In this document: one piece after another, positions 51,717-64,000 of the stretch
Position numbering within the stretch: position 1 is the first letter of the stretch
How the letters are laid out: each line of letters starts with the position of its first letter
From: Eledone cirrhosa
Taxonomy: Eukaryota
Direction of reading: 5' to 3'
Assembly (NCBI GenBank): GCA_964016885.1
Contig: OZ024757.1
Location: 9,486,001-9,550,000, forward strand
DNA: 64,000 bases
Notes under the pieces: generated by a model
What the model saw: only the letters and a program-made list of their open reading frames with translations
Told to the model about the DNA's origin: nothing
Databases searched by the model: none
Translations under genes and position numbers: made by a program

Positions 51717-53103
51717 ATAATAACATACTCTCACTAAAAAAGTGTGAAGTGAAAAATATTTGTAACAACTTTATAGAAATATATTATCTCCATCAGTTGG
51801 TAATATATTGATCGATCAAATAAATCCCAGACCTCACTCATTTAGCAAGTGGGGTGGAAGTTGTCAAATCAGACCAAGGAAACAATGTTTCCATTGCTAA
51901 TATTATCTATTGGTTGCAAATCTTGGCAGAAAGAGCAACATGAAATAAAGTGTCGTGCAAGGACATAACACATCACCTGGTTTGAGAATTGAATTTGCAA
52001 CCTCACAATTGTGAATTGCCTTCACAGATAATATATACTAACAACAATGTTATTTCTGTATGTATCCAGTGTAGAATAGGTATGCCATATCCCTGTGTGA
52101 CATTGACTAAGTAAGTTGGCACTATGAAGGGCATCCAACCAAGAAATAATGTCATCTTCAAGTGGACCACATGATGAGTATGAAGCTGGTCAGGGATCTC
52201 AGATGGTTATTCCTTGGGTTTACTCAACAAACGAACTCAAAGTGCCCATGTGTGTATGTGGGGGGGGGGGGGGGATCAGTCCAATTTAGAGTAGTTACAT
52301 CAAATCCTTGAATGTCATAGGAAGCAACTATAAGGGGTTGATATCAGACAGACAGAACTCCGTGGTGAATATGAAGAGAATATCATGGGACTCATAAGGC
52401 TAACCAACTGGGCTTAGAAGGGGAAAGGCCTTAAAATGCTTGGTTGTCGTTGTACAATAAAAGTTTTATCACTGTCACATTATTTTATATATACTATTAT
52501 ATTTTCATGGTAAAGGCTTTACCTCACATAATATTGAATCTATGAGATTTTGAAAGTATTTATTTTGAGAACAATACCTTAACATCAGTTTGAGCGATCA
52601 GTTACAGCCAGTTTCAACAGAAAGAGGTAGAGAATTTTGGCTGGTTTTGACGGTTTGAACATTAAAGGGTTAAAGTATTATCACTGTCACAAATATTTTT
52701 GATTATTAATCTCACCATAATTCTCATCCTAACAATGCTAAGAATATCTTGAAATGCTTCTTTCAGCAATTATGTTTAACAATATCCTCAACATTGCATT
52801 GTGTTGAGTGTTTGTGTGTTTGTGTGTGTGTGTTAAGTATTTCCATAGAAAAAGTAGAGGAAAGAAGAGTGATCTATGTATTGTACACACAAACACATAC
52901 ACTTGTATGTAAGTCACAGCCTGCTTACCATATTTTGGTTTCACTGTTTAATAATCTACATTCAGAGAAAGATTCCGTAACTGAAGTTGCGTATAGATTT
53001 TTTTGCACCCTATCAAAATTATCTAGTAGAAAAAAAAAGAAAAAATGCAATTGTCTACAAGTATATATATATATATATATACATACACACACACACATGC
53101 ACG

Positions 53104-53199
53104 CACGGTGTCCCCCCAAAATGTATACACACTGATCACTTATACAGGCATTATTCATTAGAACGCTGTTGAAGTGTATACATTTTTATGGACACCCTG
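53104..53199. mobile_element. Tc1/mariner-type MITE (about 96 bp)
   Basis: TIRs CACGGTGTCCCCCCAAAATGTATACAC / GTGTATACATTTTTATGGACACCCTG, then TA. Confidence 0.65.
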
Positions 53200-53297
53200 T
53201 ATGTGTGTGTATACATATATACACACAATATATATACACACACACACAGTGTATTATATATATATTGGAAAATGTGTGAGATCCTTGGTACAGTTAG

Positions 53298-53428
53298 GTA
53301 TATTTGAAAAAAAGGAAAAAATGACTTCACTTGTAGTGTTAAAATTTTTTTGATAATATAATATAAAATTAAATAAAAAATTTTTTAAACACTACAAGTG
53401 AAGTCATTTTCCTTTTTTTCAAATATAT
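53298..53428. repeat. About 52-bp-arm inverted repeat between TA tracts
   Basis: TATTTGAAAAAAAGGAAAAAATGACTTCACTTGTAGTGTT / AACACTACAAGTGAAGTCATTTTCCTTTTTTTCAAATA. Confidence 0.75.
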
Positions 53429-54193
53429 ATATATATATACACACATACATACATACGTATGTATGTATGTGAGTATAATCTCCCTAAAATTAGCAAATAT
53501 TACAGGAGTTTTTCTTTAACTTTAAACGTTAATATGCTACAATACAGAATTCCAATACTGATTAGCCCAGAATGTTTTACATTGGTCAGAACAGTGACCT
53601 TTAAGAACTGCTATAAGTTGGCTACCAATAGGTGATAAGTAAAAGTGAGGACAAGCAAGGCACACCTGGCAAAGAATATTTAAGGGGCCAATCTGAAGGA
53701 CATAGGAATTAACTAAGATGATATCAAACAGGAAACAGTTTCCTTTATATATGTATATATGGAGTATGGTATTATCCATATGTGTGTGTGTGTATATATA
53801 TGTAAAGGAAACAGTGTTGCAGCACTATACACATATAGATGTAGTGTAACTTGTGTATCTGATATACAATATACACAGGTAAACAAAAAAAATAAAATAA
53901 TGCAGCTCTAAAGTAGACATCATCATCATCATCATCATTTTACATCTACTTTCCATCTTGGCATGGATTGGACGGGTAGTCAGAGTCTGAGATCAGATGG
54001 GTCAGACCTACTTCATCTTGCTCATATCTTCCATTCAGGATAGGATTAAATATTAAGCAAAATATCAAAATAAGCACATACTTTATGGCATCAAGGAAAG
54101 AGGAGGGGGGGCAAACACCATTTTATTCAAACTGAATGAATTCGTCTTTTCCCCCAAAAAAATTATAGACACATACGTATGCGTGTGTGTGTT

Positions 54194-54226
<33 letters not shown>

Positions 54227-54359
54227 GCGTGTGTGTATTTATATGTGTGTGTGTGTATATATATATATGTAGGAGGTGAGTTTTATTGTAGCACAATAAA
54301 GCAATGCAAATATCGGATAAGTAGCACTCTACAGTTTGTAGGACTGGAGTATAAATAAT

Positions 54360-54545
54360 TGTTTCTACATTTGGCACAAGGCCAGCAATTACCCAGTGTA
54401 TTACTGGTACTTTATTTTATCGACCCCGAAAGGATGAAAGGCAAAGTTAACCTCGGCGTGATTTGAACTTAGAATGGCAAGGACTGTAACTCTATGCGTC
54501 AAAGCATGGCGTCCAACCCTCTACCGATACTGCCAATCCTCCGCC
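54360..54545 (-). mobile_element. SINE family A, full-length
   Basis: 16-bp TSD ctggagtataaataat (54344-54359 / 54546-54561). Confidence 0.92.
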
Positions 54546-54638
54546 CTGGAGTATAAATAATATAAGATCAAAAGATCTTATGTTGATTTAAAACTTCACT
54601 ATTCACAAGTGTTTTTTAAGCTTCATATCATGTATCCC

Positions 54639-54709
54639 TATTTTATCTGATGAGAACGCAGATATCATCCTATGATGATATTTGTTTTTGAAATGCGCAT
54701 AATAAAATA
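54639..54709 (+). ncRNA. Minimal type-I hammerhead ribozyme motif in a pLTR-like mini-element (54557-54746)
   Basis: TATTTTAT-CTGATGA-long stem II-GAAA-TGCGCA-TA-ATAAAATA. Confidence 0.75.
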
Positions 54710-54739
54710 CTCGGAACTCTTTTAACCATCTTTTGATCT

Positions 54740-54788
<49 letters not shown>

Positions 54789-56289
54789 CATGAGTGTGTG
54801 TGTCTATATATATATATTATATATATATATATGGTTCCAATATATATCAATACTACATTTCCTTAACTTTACAATAAGTTAGGCATCATGTGTTTTGTGG
54901 CGTTTTTAATTTATTTATTTTTTTTTTTGCCTTATGGGCATATTATACCTTTTAGCTAATAGTGTAATACATCCCAAATATTTTAGTGTCTGAATAGAGA
55001 GAATTACTTGCTTATGTAATAATTTCTAATCTGTTATGGCTTGACTAATAATAAAGATTTAATGTGAGTTAGTAACATTTCAAATTGCTGAGCATGGTGA
55101 TAGCACATTTGGAGGATGACTAGAGATATAAGGAAACAAGAGTTAAAGCCTTTTTAATTGTAATTTATTTTTGATTATTTCAAAAAAGAATTTGTTGGGA
55201 TTTTATTTATTTTATTCTTTATTTAAAAAAAGTTTCCAATATATATATTTTTTATTTCTTTAAAAAAAAATATTAAAAAAAAATGTTAATATGCAAAGCA
55301 CATTAGCAATGATTATCATAAGAAAGGGGGGAGGGGAACACAGAAAGGAAGTTACAAAACAACTACAATTAGACTGAGAAATTGGGGGGCTATGCATGTG
55401 TGTGTGTGTATATATGGTATTAGCTGTATAAAAGGTTTCTTTTATTAAATATAATCAGGAGTTGATGTCTAGTCTACTAACAGACAGACTGTATTATTTT
55501 AACAATTGATATAAAAATGTTTCCATGATTTTCCAGTAAAACTATATTATGTGTTAGTAAGAGATTTTTTTTTCATTTTTCAAAATACTGTAAACTACAA
55601 AATCAATATTTTGTATGATATAATTTGTTTTATTTTATTTTTATATGTAGGTGGGTGGATTAATATAAAGAAAACATAATGCCATGCTTAATATGAATGA
55701 TTTAAACCAAAAACAAAAAAAAAAGTTTATCTAATTAAACTATCTATTTAGTTTACATAAATTAAAAATATTTGCAAGACATTTCTACTTTCTGTTTGTG
55801 TAACATGAACTTTCATCTTTTAAGACTTTCGGGCTTTGGTTTGGAATAATATCTCACAAAATGAATTTTCACATTAACATATGCAATTGTAAATAAAATA
55901 AAAAAGAAATAAAAAAAGAAAAAGAAAAAACTACTATACAATTAACATATTTACAAGTGTGAAAGATGCTGTTTTTTTTCTTAAAATGAGTCTTGAAAAT
56001 TTACCATGCATCCGAGAAGACGAAGGTTGCATTTTTCTAAATCAATTTTAACCAATGGGGAATGTTCCCCTATAGAAAGGAATTTAATAATAAAGTAGAA
56101 GAGAAGATAGTATAATAAAATATATGATCCTGACCACAGGTTTGTACATGAAAAGTTCCACTCCAAGGTGCAAGCCAGGTCATGGTGTTTTTGTAGAAGA
56201 CAAGAAGTCACCCATGCATGCTAATCTTCTCTACACATCACTGATGGCAAAGATTGATTCAGCTTGGCACTAGTGTCATCATAACTCAT

Positions 56290-56410
56290 CTTTACCACCC
56301 ATGTGGACTGGAGTAACATGAAATAAAGTGTCTTGCTCAAGGACAACACACTTCTCGTCACAATCTTACGATAGTGATGAGCCCAACACACTAACCATTA
56401 ATCCATGACT
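56290..56410 (-). mobile_element. Old SINE family B fragment (other copies near 17420-17570, 46380-46660 and 51860-52020)
   Basis: Recurrent AAATAAAGTGTCTTGCTCAAGGACA, the reverse complement of a CORE/V-like TGTCCTTGAGCAAGACAC block. Confidence 0.55.
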
Positions 56411-56479
56411 TTAAAGGAAATGAATGTTTCTCTTTGTTGAATATAAGTCACCAATTTAGCGGAGAAGTATTTAGAGAGT

Positions 56480-56909
56480 TGTAATGTAGCCACGAGGAAC
56501 CAGGTTAGGTAGAAAGATATGATAGGAAATATCGACAACGACTTTAGCTTGGTTTTACGTAATTTATTAACAACGGTTAAGAAGTGAATTAAGCTGGCAT
56601 GCCAAGAGAAATGAAATAATTCAATTAAGATTACAAGAGAAAATACGGGCGACTGGCTGAAGGCGTTTGGCCAGGCTCGTAGGTAATGTTTTGTCGTTAC
56701 ATATTGTTTGTGCTTTCACGGCGCAAGAAAAATGGTTGTTTACCTTAGCACGGTCGAAGCTGCGAGTGATAGCGTCCTCAAATCTTTGCGGGCTATTTCT
56801 CCCTCAGAAAGCGTAGGGATACATCCTCTTCTACTGGCGCTGATTGGCTGAGCTGAGCCAAATCACGCACAGAGAATGTATGTGAGCCCGCGGAATGTAG
56901 GCCACTACA
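56480..56909. mobile_element. Possible solo LTR
   Basis: GC-richer 430-bp island with TGTAATG...CACTACA ends; no clear TSD. Confidence 0.4.
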
Positions 56910-57131
56910 ACTTCATACTATATTTTAATGATACATTTTTCTTCATTTATTTTAAATAAATTATCAAAACGTATTAAAAAATTTATAAAACAAGAAAAAA
57001 AAACACCTCATTACAAAACCTCATTCCTTTATTGGGAGATAACTCAAACTAAAGGTAATTTATAAAAATATTAATTTTAACAGCGTTATCAAGTAACAAA
57101 GGAAGAGGTAAAAGTAAAAGTACAAAAGCAG

Positions 57132-57335
57132 ACTATAAGGTACCAACAGGTTCTATAAGTCACTAACTATAAGGTACCAACAGTAACTATATATCACTAA
57201 ATCACTAACCAATAGGTACCAACAGTAACTATATATCACTAAATCACTAACTATAAGGTACCAACAGTAACTATATATCACTAAATCACTAACTATAAGG
57301 GATCAACAATAATATATTACTAAGTCACTAACTAG
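57132..57335. repeat. 42-bp minisatellite, about 4-5 copies
   Basis: CTATAAGGTACCAACAGTAACTATATATCACTAAATCACTAA. Confidence 0.85.
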
Positions 57336-57371
57336 AACAGAAACTATAAATCAAAGTCATTATCTATATGT

Positions 57372-57548
57372 GGATTGGCAGTATCGGTAGAGGGTCGGAC
57401 GCCATGCTTTCCAGCATAGTTACGTCCCTTTACGATCTGAGTTCAAATCCCGCCGAGGTTGATTTGCCTTTCATCCTTACGGGGTCGATAAAATAAAGTA
57501 CCAGTAATGCACTGGGTAATTGTTGGCCTTGTGCCTAAAGTAGAAACA
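57372..57548 (+). mobile_element. SINE family A
   Basis: 13-bp TSD attatctatatgt (57359-57371 / 57549-57561). Confidence 0.92.
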
Positions 57549-57741
57549 ATTATCTATATGTATTTGTAAAATCTATGAAAATGCTGAGACCTTATGTGGT
57601 GGTGGTGGTGGGGGGGGGGGGGGGGGTTAAGTCAAAATTGGGATGCGTCTTCGAGCTTGTAGAATCTTGAAAGTCAGAGCATCTCCAATACCAGGAAATA
57701 TGGTAAGTAGCAGTATAGTAGTAGTAGTAGTAGTAGTAGTA

Positions 57742-57816
<75 letters not shown>

Positions 57817-58053
57817 TTAACAGCAACAATAATATGTTTGAGATTATAAAATAAAACAAAATGAAAAAAAATTAATGGAATCACAAATGAGAAATATTGG
57901 TCCCTTTTCTCAGTTACGTAAGGAAAATGAATGTGTTATGCAGTTAATATTAATGACATTCAAATAATTTTTAAAAAAAACGTTTAACTTAACATTATTA
58001 AGTGTATGGATGTAATATTGCTTTGCTAATGCTTGTGTGATTTACAACTAACA

Positions 58054-58102
<49 letters not shown>

Positions 58103-58142
58103 GATATTAAACAAATGGAAACTATATTTATAAAACCATATT

Positions 58143-58208
58143 TATTTCATTATACATATTTCAGGGATACCATATTAAAAATATGGCATGCCTTCGTCAG
58201 ATAAAATA
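58143..58208 (-). ncRNA. Minimal type-I hammerhead ribozyme motif in pLTR
   Basis: Reverse complement: TATTTTAT-CTGACGA-stem II-GAAA-TATGTA-TA-ATGAAATA. Confidence 0.75.
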
Positions 58209-59722
58209 CAATATATAAACAGTTTTATAAATAATTGTGACGTACCATATTATAAGCGACCATTATATTAGGAACTGTCTGGAAAATGAATTGTTTATAA
58301 TTATTTAGTTATAGTGTTAAGCACAGTTAGAAGAAAGACGGAGAGAAAGAAACGGAGAGAAAGAAAAGGAGAGAGAGAAAAAATATATAAATAGATAGGA
58401 GAAAGAAATAAGAGAGGCAAACGAAAGCAACAGATAAATAATAATTTCCCATACATATAGAGAAACTCAAGAGAGAGGGAGTCCTATATATAGAGAGAAG
58501 GATAATAATTATTTAGTTATAGTGTTAAGCACAGTTAGAAAAAAGACGGAGAGAAAGAAAAAACGTAGATAAAGCAAAAAGAAAAAACGGAGAGAGAGAG
58601 GGGGGAGGAAAAAAAAAAAGAGAGAGAGAGAATATAAATAGATAAGAGGAAGTGAAAAAGAAACAAGAGAGAAATAAGAGAGGCAAGCGAAAGCGACAGA
58701 TACATAATAATTCATCATACATAAAGATAAACTCAAGAGAGAGGAGAAAGTGCTATATAGAGAGAGAAGGATACAGTTACATCTTTACGCCATGTCATAT
58801 CAATTTGAATTATCAATTCATATGAAATGGATAATAAAAATGCAAATATCAATATTCATGAATGAGACATAGATATATATAATATGAGAAAATAACATTG
58901 TTCAATAATGACCATGTGTTTAGTTTAAAACTCTGAGGTCAATATACCAAAAACTGAGATAAAACCTTCAAAAAATTACCCTATTTATAAAAATACGGAA
59001 ATATATATATACACGTATATGTACTTCCTGAAAAAAGAAAAAAGAGAAAATTATGTCTAACTCTAGTCAATAATATAGACATACATATGACTTCACCTGA
59101 TCAACTCTATAATTTCTTGTGTCATGAAAAAATGTCTTGTGTTATAAAAATTTCACTGTATATATACATAAAATATACGATTAATATTCATGTCCTCACA
59201 TATATGATTACCGTTCATGTATTTAATATTATGCATATCTGTAACATATACAGAACCATACATAAATATATATATATATGTATATATAAAATATCTGCGT
59301 GAGTTTTCCAGCATCTTTACGCACATATACAGACACATGAACACATAAAATAAACTCTATAAACCTTCTATATGCATGTTAATACACATATGGCCTTTGT
59401 ATAGAGATAATAAAATATCAATATATCAGCAAAGAAACATCAAAACATTAAAATACTTTCAACACACTATAGAGTATCTCAGGCCAAAAACAATATGCTT
59501 CATATATTTACTACAGAAATCTATCCTTCCTATATTTCAAACAATATATTGCAAAGTTAGTTAGAAGCTATTAGAGTAAAAAACAAATAAAAAACAAAAA
59601 TCATTGTGCTTAACACTATAACTAAATAATTATAAACAATTCATTATCCAGACAGCTTCCTAATATAATGGTCGCTTATAATATGGTACGTCAAAATTAT
59701 ATATAAAATTGTTTATATATTG

Positions 59723-59789
59723 TATTTTATCTGACGAAGGCATGCCATATTTTTTAATATGGTATCCCTAAAATATGTATAATGAAATA
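59723..59789 (+). ncRNA. Hammerhead motif with a core mutation (GAAA to AAAA)
   Basis: Inverted copy of 58143-58208. Confidence 0.55.
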
Positions 59790-60377
59790 AATATGGTTTT
59801 ATAAATATAGTTTCCATTTGTTTAATATCGAATATCTACTCCAAAAACTTATCGAGTGCTTTATATCAGTTATAAAATATTTACTTGTTGTAACCCAACA
59901 ATTTTAAATAAAACTTTTGCGTATATTTTTGCTCCAATATTGTTCAGCGCTTTATATTATAACTGAAAAAATGGAATTCTTTAAGTTATCTTCTTCTCTA
60001 AAAGACATCTCAAGTATCTCAGGACAAAAACAATATGCTTCATATATTTACTAGAGAAATCTATCCTTCCTATATTTCAAACAATATATTGCAAAGTTAG
60101 TTAGAAGCTATTAGAGTAAAAAACAAATAAAAAACAAAAATTATTTAACAAAAATTATTTTAAAAATTTAGAAGACCCAGTGATTCTACGGATGCCCTTA
60201 TATTTAGTATAGAAATTTATCTTGCGTAAAATGTATTTAATACATTGGGAGCATATACATTTTAGAGTAGTTTATTACATCTTTGTTTAGGAAGAAGGTT
60301 TAAAAAGAAAAAGGAGAAGGAATCAAATGATTTATTGTCAGGTTTCATATATTAACTAAATTTCTTAATTAATTATA

Positions 60378-61600
60378 CTACATTTTAAATTTATATTTAT
60401 ATTTAAACGTTGAGTTCAATCTATGTCTGCAGCAACTGAATAAATTGCTCCTTAAATTAAGGGAATTTTTGGACTTTAATATAAAGAATACCTCCTCCAC
60501 ACAGAGATCACATGTCTCTGATGAGGAATTAAAAGGAATCCCTTTTGAGACAATATTCCAAAACATCGAATACTTAAGATTATCTCGTTTAAGTTGCCAG
60601 AGTAGGCTTGATAGCGAAGTTGAGGATTTTATGTTTGGATCTGTGAAAGAATTCTTATGATTATTGAAGCGAAGTTTAAATTCTGTCGAGGTGGAACCAA
60701 CATAGTTGAAAGAATTTAAGTTAGTTTTAACATTACAATTGTATACTACATTTTTAACTAAGCAATTGTTATTTAACGGACAGTTAGATTTATTTCTACA
60801 GTTACAGTTATTTAATTGAATATTGTTTGGGTTATTATTGGTATTTTGGTTAGGTTTTAAATTCCTATTATTAATTCTGTTAATATTTTGTGATAAATTT
60901 TTGGTGGACGAGTAAGTTAATTTTATAGTATGTCTATTAAAAATTGAGTGATATTTATGTGTTCTAGGGAAGCGTTTGTCAAGAGCATTAAAGAATAGTT
61001 TAGCAATATGGGTTTTAATATTTAGTGAAAAGGGGGGTGGGGGGCAAACCATATTATATTCGAAGTTCTATTTCTTTTTCGGCTTTTGGAATTATTGTAA
61101 TGTTTTCTATTATAGTTGTTAATGTTGTTACCGTAATTAAAATTGTTATTATTTTGGTTAGTTTGCTTATTATTATCGATGTACTTAATTTTATCACTAT
61201 ATCCTGCTCTAGCTAACGCTTCATTGTAATACTGCACTTTTTCATCAAAAAATATTTTTATTAGATGAAATTCTTGAAATTCGTTCTTGAACAGAGTTCA
61301 CTATAGTATTTTTAACAGATCTGGGGTGATTAGAGTTAAAATTGACATAATTCAATTTCTCATTTAGTTTGTGAAATGGATAGTGAAGACATGTGTTGAG
61401 ATTTAGTGTTACATCCAGGAAATTGACTATTCTATGGTTATTCTCTATTTCTATTTTTAGATTAAGGTAATTAAAAAATTGTATAATTTGTTTTCTTTTT
61501 CTATTTAGTTCACAGTTATTATTTTCAATAAGTAAAAGCATGTCATCACGATATAATCCTCCGGTTACACCTGGTATTTTTCTATGCAGCTAATTAATTA
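60378..61600 (-). pseudogene. Penelope-like RT C-terminal half plus GIY-YIG endonuclease (inverted copy)
   Basis: GLYRDD, VNFLDVTLNL, SNHP; CNC..CPL..CL, VVY..YVGST..FKLRFNNH, CDLC..E, CCRH. Confidence 0.9.
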
Positions 61601-61609
61601 TAAATAGGC

Positions 61610-63790
61610 CCACAAGGTCCGTTACATAACTTTATTAAACAATTAATAGAAAAATCACACTCTTTTATAAGAAGAATCAGGTGGCGTGCCTTCCACTTTG
61701 ATAAATCTAATCTAAATGAAAATGTTTCAGATTTGGATAAAATTTTCAAATCTAAAAAAAATCCACCCCCCAACAAACTATTAATGGATTTTGAAAACGA
61801 TATAATTTCTATCATCCAAGGAATCAAATTCAAGAGAAACTTCAAAGGCCAGGACTATCTAAGATGCATTAAGGATAATATTGAAGGCTTGGAAAAAACA
61901 GAGAAGATCTTAGTGAAATCGGACAAAACCAATAACCTTTATGGAGTACAAAAGGACATGTATAACGGCCTTATATTGAAAGAACTAATGAAAAAGTACA
62001 AGGTAGCAAGTAAGGACGAACTGGAAAAAATGAATACAGAGGCATCTTGTATAATGCATGAATTAGACATTGAGAATAAAACACAACCCTTCATGCCTAG
62101 GAAACCCAAAATCAATATGAAAGATCACAAATGAAATTTTGAAAATGATTTGCCAGTCAGATTGATTGCACCATCAAAATCTGACATGGGAAAACTTAGC
62201 AAAAACATTCTAGACAGGGTAAATTAAAAACTTACATAGTTTACCTTACTTAAAGTTATGGAAGGGGACTGGTGAGGTTATTGAGTGGTTTAAAGAAATT
62301 AAATATAACTATAATAATAAGTTTATTCAACTTGATATTGCTAACTACTATTCATCTATCACTCCTAATCTACTGAATAAGGCACTAAATTACGCATTTA
62401 AACATACAGACCTAACTAGCAATGAAATGCACATTATATTATCGGCAAGGAAAACATTGATAGAATTTAATAACCAACTATGGACTAGGCCAGATAGAAA
62501 TAATAATTTCAGCATAACTATGGGATCATATGACTCAGCTCAGGTAACGGATTTTGTGGACCTATTTATAATTAATTCGCTGCATAAAAAAATACCAGGT
62601 GTAACCGGAGGATTATATCGTGATGAAATGCTTTTACTTATTGAAAATAATAACTGTGAACTAAATAGAAAAAGAAAACAAATTATACAATTTTTTAATT
62701 ACCTTAATCTAAAAATAGAAATAGAGAATAACCATAGAATAGTCATTTTCCTGGATGTAACACTAAATCTCAACACATGTCTTCACTATCCATTTCACAA
62801 ACTAAATGAGAACTTGAATTATCTCAATTTTAACTCTAATCACCCCAGATCTGTTAAAAATACTATAGTGAACTCTGTTCAAGAACGAATTTCAAGAATT
62901 TCATCTAATAAAAATATTTTTGATGAAAAAGCGCAGTATTACAATGAAGCGTTAGCTAGAGCAGGATATAGTGATAAAATTAAGTACATCGATAATAATA
63001 AGCAAACTAACCAAAATAATAACAATTTTAATTACGGTAACAACATTAACAACTATAATAGAAAACATTACAATAATTCCAAAAGCCGAAAAAGAAATAG
63101 AACTTCGAATATAATATGGTTTGCCCCCCACCCCCCTTTTCACTAAATATTAAAACCCATATTGCTAAACTATTCTTTAATGCTCTTGACAAACGCTTCC
63201 CTAGAACACATAAATATCACTCAATTTTTAATAGACATACTATAAAATTAACTTACTCGTCCACCAAAAATTTATCACAAAATATTAACAGAATTAATAA
63301 TAGGAATTTAAAACCTAACCAAAATACCAATAATAACCCAAACAATATTCAATTAAATAACTGTAACTGTAGAAATAAATCTAACTGTCCGTTAAATAAC
63401 AATTGCTTAGTTAAAAATGTAGTATACAATTGTAATGTTAAAACTAACTTAAATTCTTTCAACTATGTTGGTTCCACCTCGACAGAATTTTAACTTCGCT
63501 TCAATAATCATAAGAATTCTTTCACAGATCCAAACAAAAAATCCTCAACTTCGCTATCAAGCCTACTCTGGCAACTTAAACGAGATAATCTTAAGTATTC
63601 GATGTTTTGGAATATTGTCTCAAAAGGGATTCCTTTTAATTCCTCATCAGAGACATGTGATCTCTGTGTGGAGGAGGTATTCTTTATATTAAAGACCAAA
63701 TATTTCCTTAATTTAAGGAGCAATTTATTCAGTTGCTGCAGACATAGATTAAACTCAACGTTTAAATATAAATATAAATTTAAAATGTAG
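61610..63790 (+). pseudogene. Penelope-like RT plus GIY-YIG ORF with stops and frameshifts
   Basis: RRIRWRA, VKSDKT, MKDHK, ITMGSYDSAQ, GLYRDE, FLDVTL, SNHP, CNC..CPL, YVGST, CDLC, CCRH. Confidence 0.9.
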
Positions 63791-64000
63791 TATAATTAAT
63801 TAAGAAATTTAGTTAATATATGAAACCTGACGATAAATCATTTGATTCCTTCACCTTTTTCTTTTTAAACCTTCTTCCTAAATATAAACAAAGATGTAAT
63901 AAACTACTCTAAATTTTACGCAAGATAAATTTCTATACTAAATATAAGGGCATCCGTAGAATCACTGGGTCTTCTAAATCTTTTAAATAATGTTTAGCTT

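Larger units (their letters stand above)
58102..64000. mobile_element. Composite Penelope-like (Naiad-type) locus with inverted segments
   Basis: Inverted pLTRs 58102-58330 / 59620-59832; 59473-59600 repeated at 60014-60140; 60160-61615 is an inverted copy of 62553-63985. Confidence 0.88.

Noticed and set aside
62132-62134. Selenocysteine UGA in the Naiad-like ORF
   Set aside because: The TGA follows KDHK at a non-Cys position, the copy has other stops and frameshifts, and the conserved Cys codons are TGT/TGC

Overview
Eukaryotic, AT-rich, microsatellite-dense intergenic or intronic DNA. The repeat landscape looks coleoid-cephalopod/Octopus-like, which is an inference only. I found no host protein-coding exon, rRNA, true tRNA or CRISPR array. 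Nearly all identifiable sequence is transposon-derived and degenerate: two head-to-tail Helitrons (one carrying a 28-bp minisatellite), a hAT/Buster element with a nested CRE-clade LINE, a Gypsy solo LTR plus a truncated LTR-PBS-gag copy, a Helitron Rep fragment, RTE LINEs, MITEs and Penelope-like elements (Naiad-type RT + GIY-YIG). Two systems stand out. (1) A ~20 kb cluster at 24-45 kb in which R4/Dong-type RLE LINEs (AAT tails) and a Tx1/L1-type APE LINE with a tRNA-derived SINE (ATT tails) occupy the same (AAT)n microsatellite from opposite strands. The SINE shares the LINE 3' end and its TSDs all begin ATTAT. (2) Many small (TA)n-embedded Penelope pLTR derivatives carrying minimal type-I hammerhead ribozyme motifs. 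All family assignments come from motifs read by eye; no database search was run.
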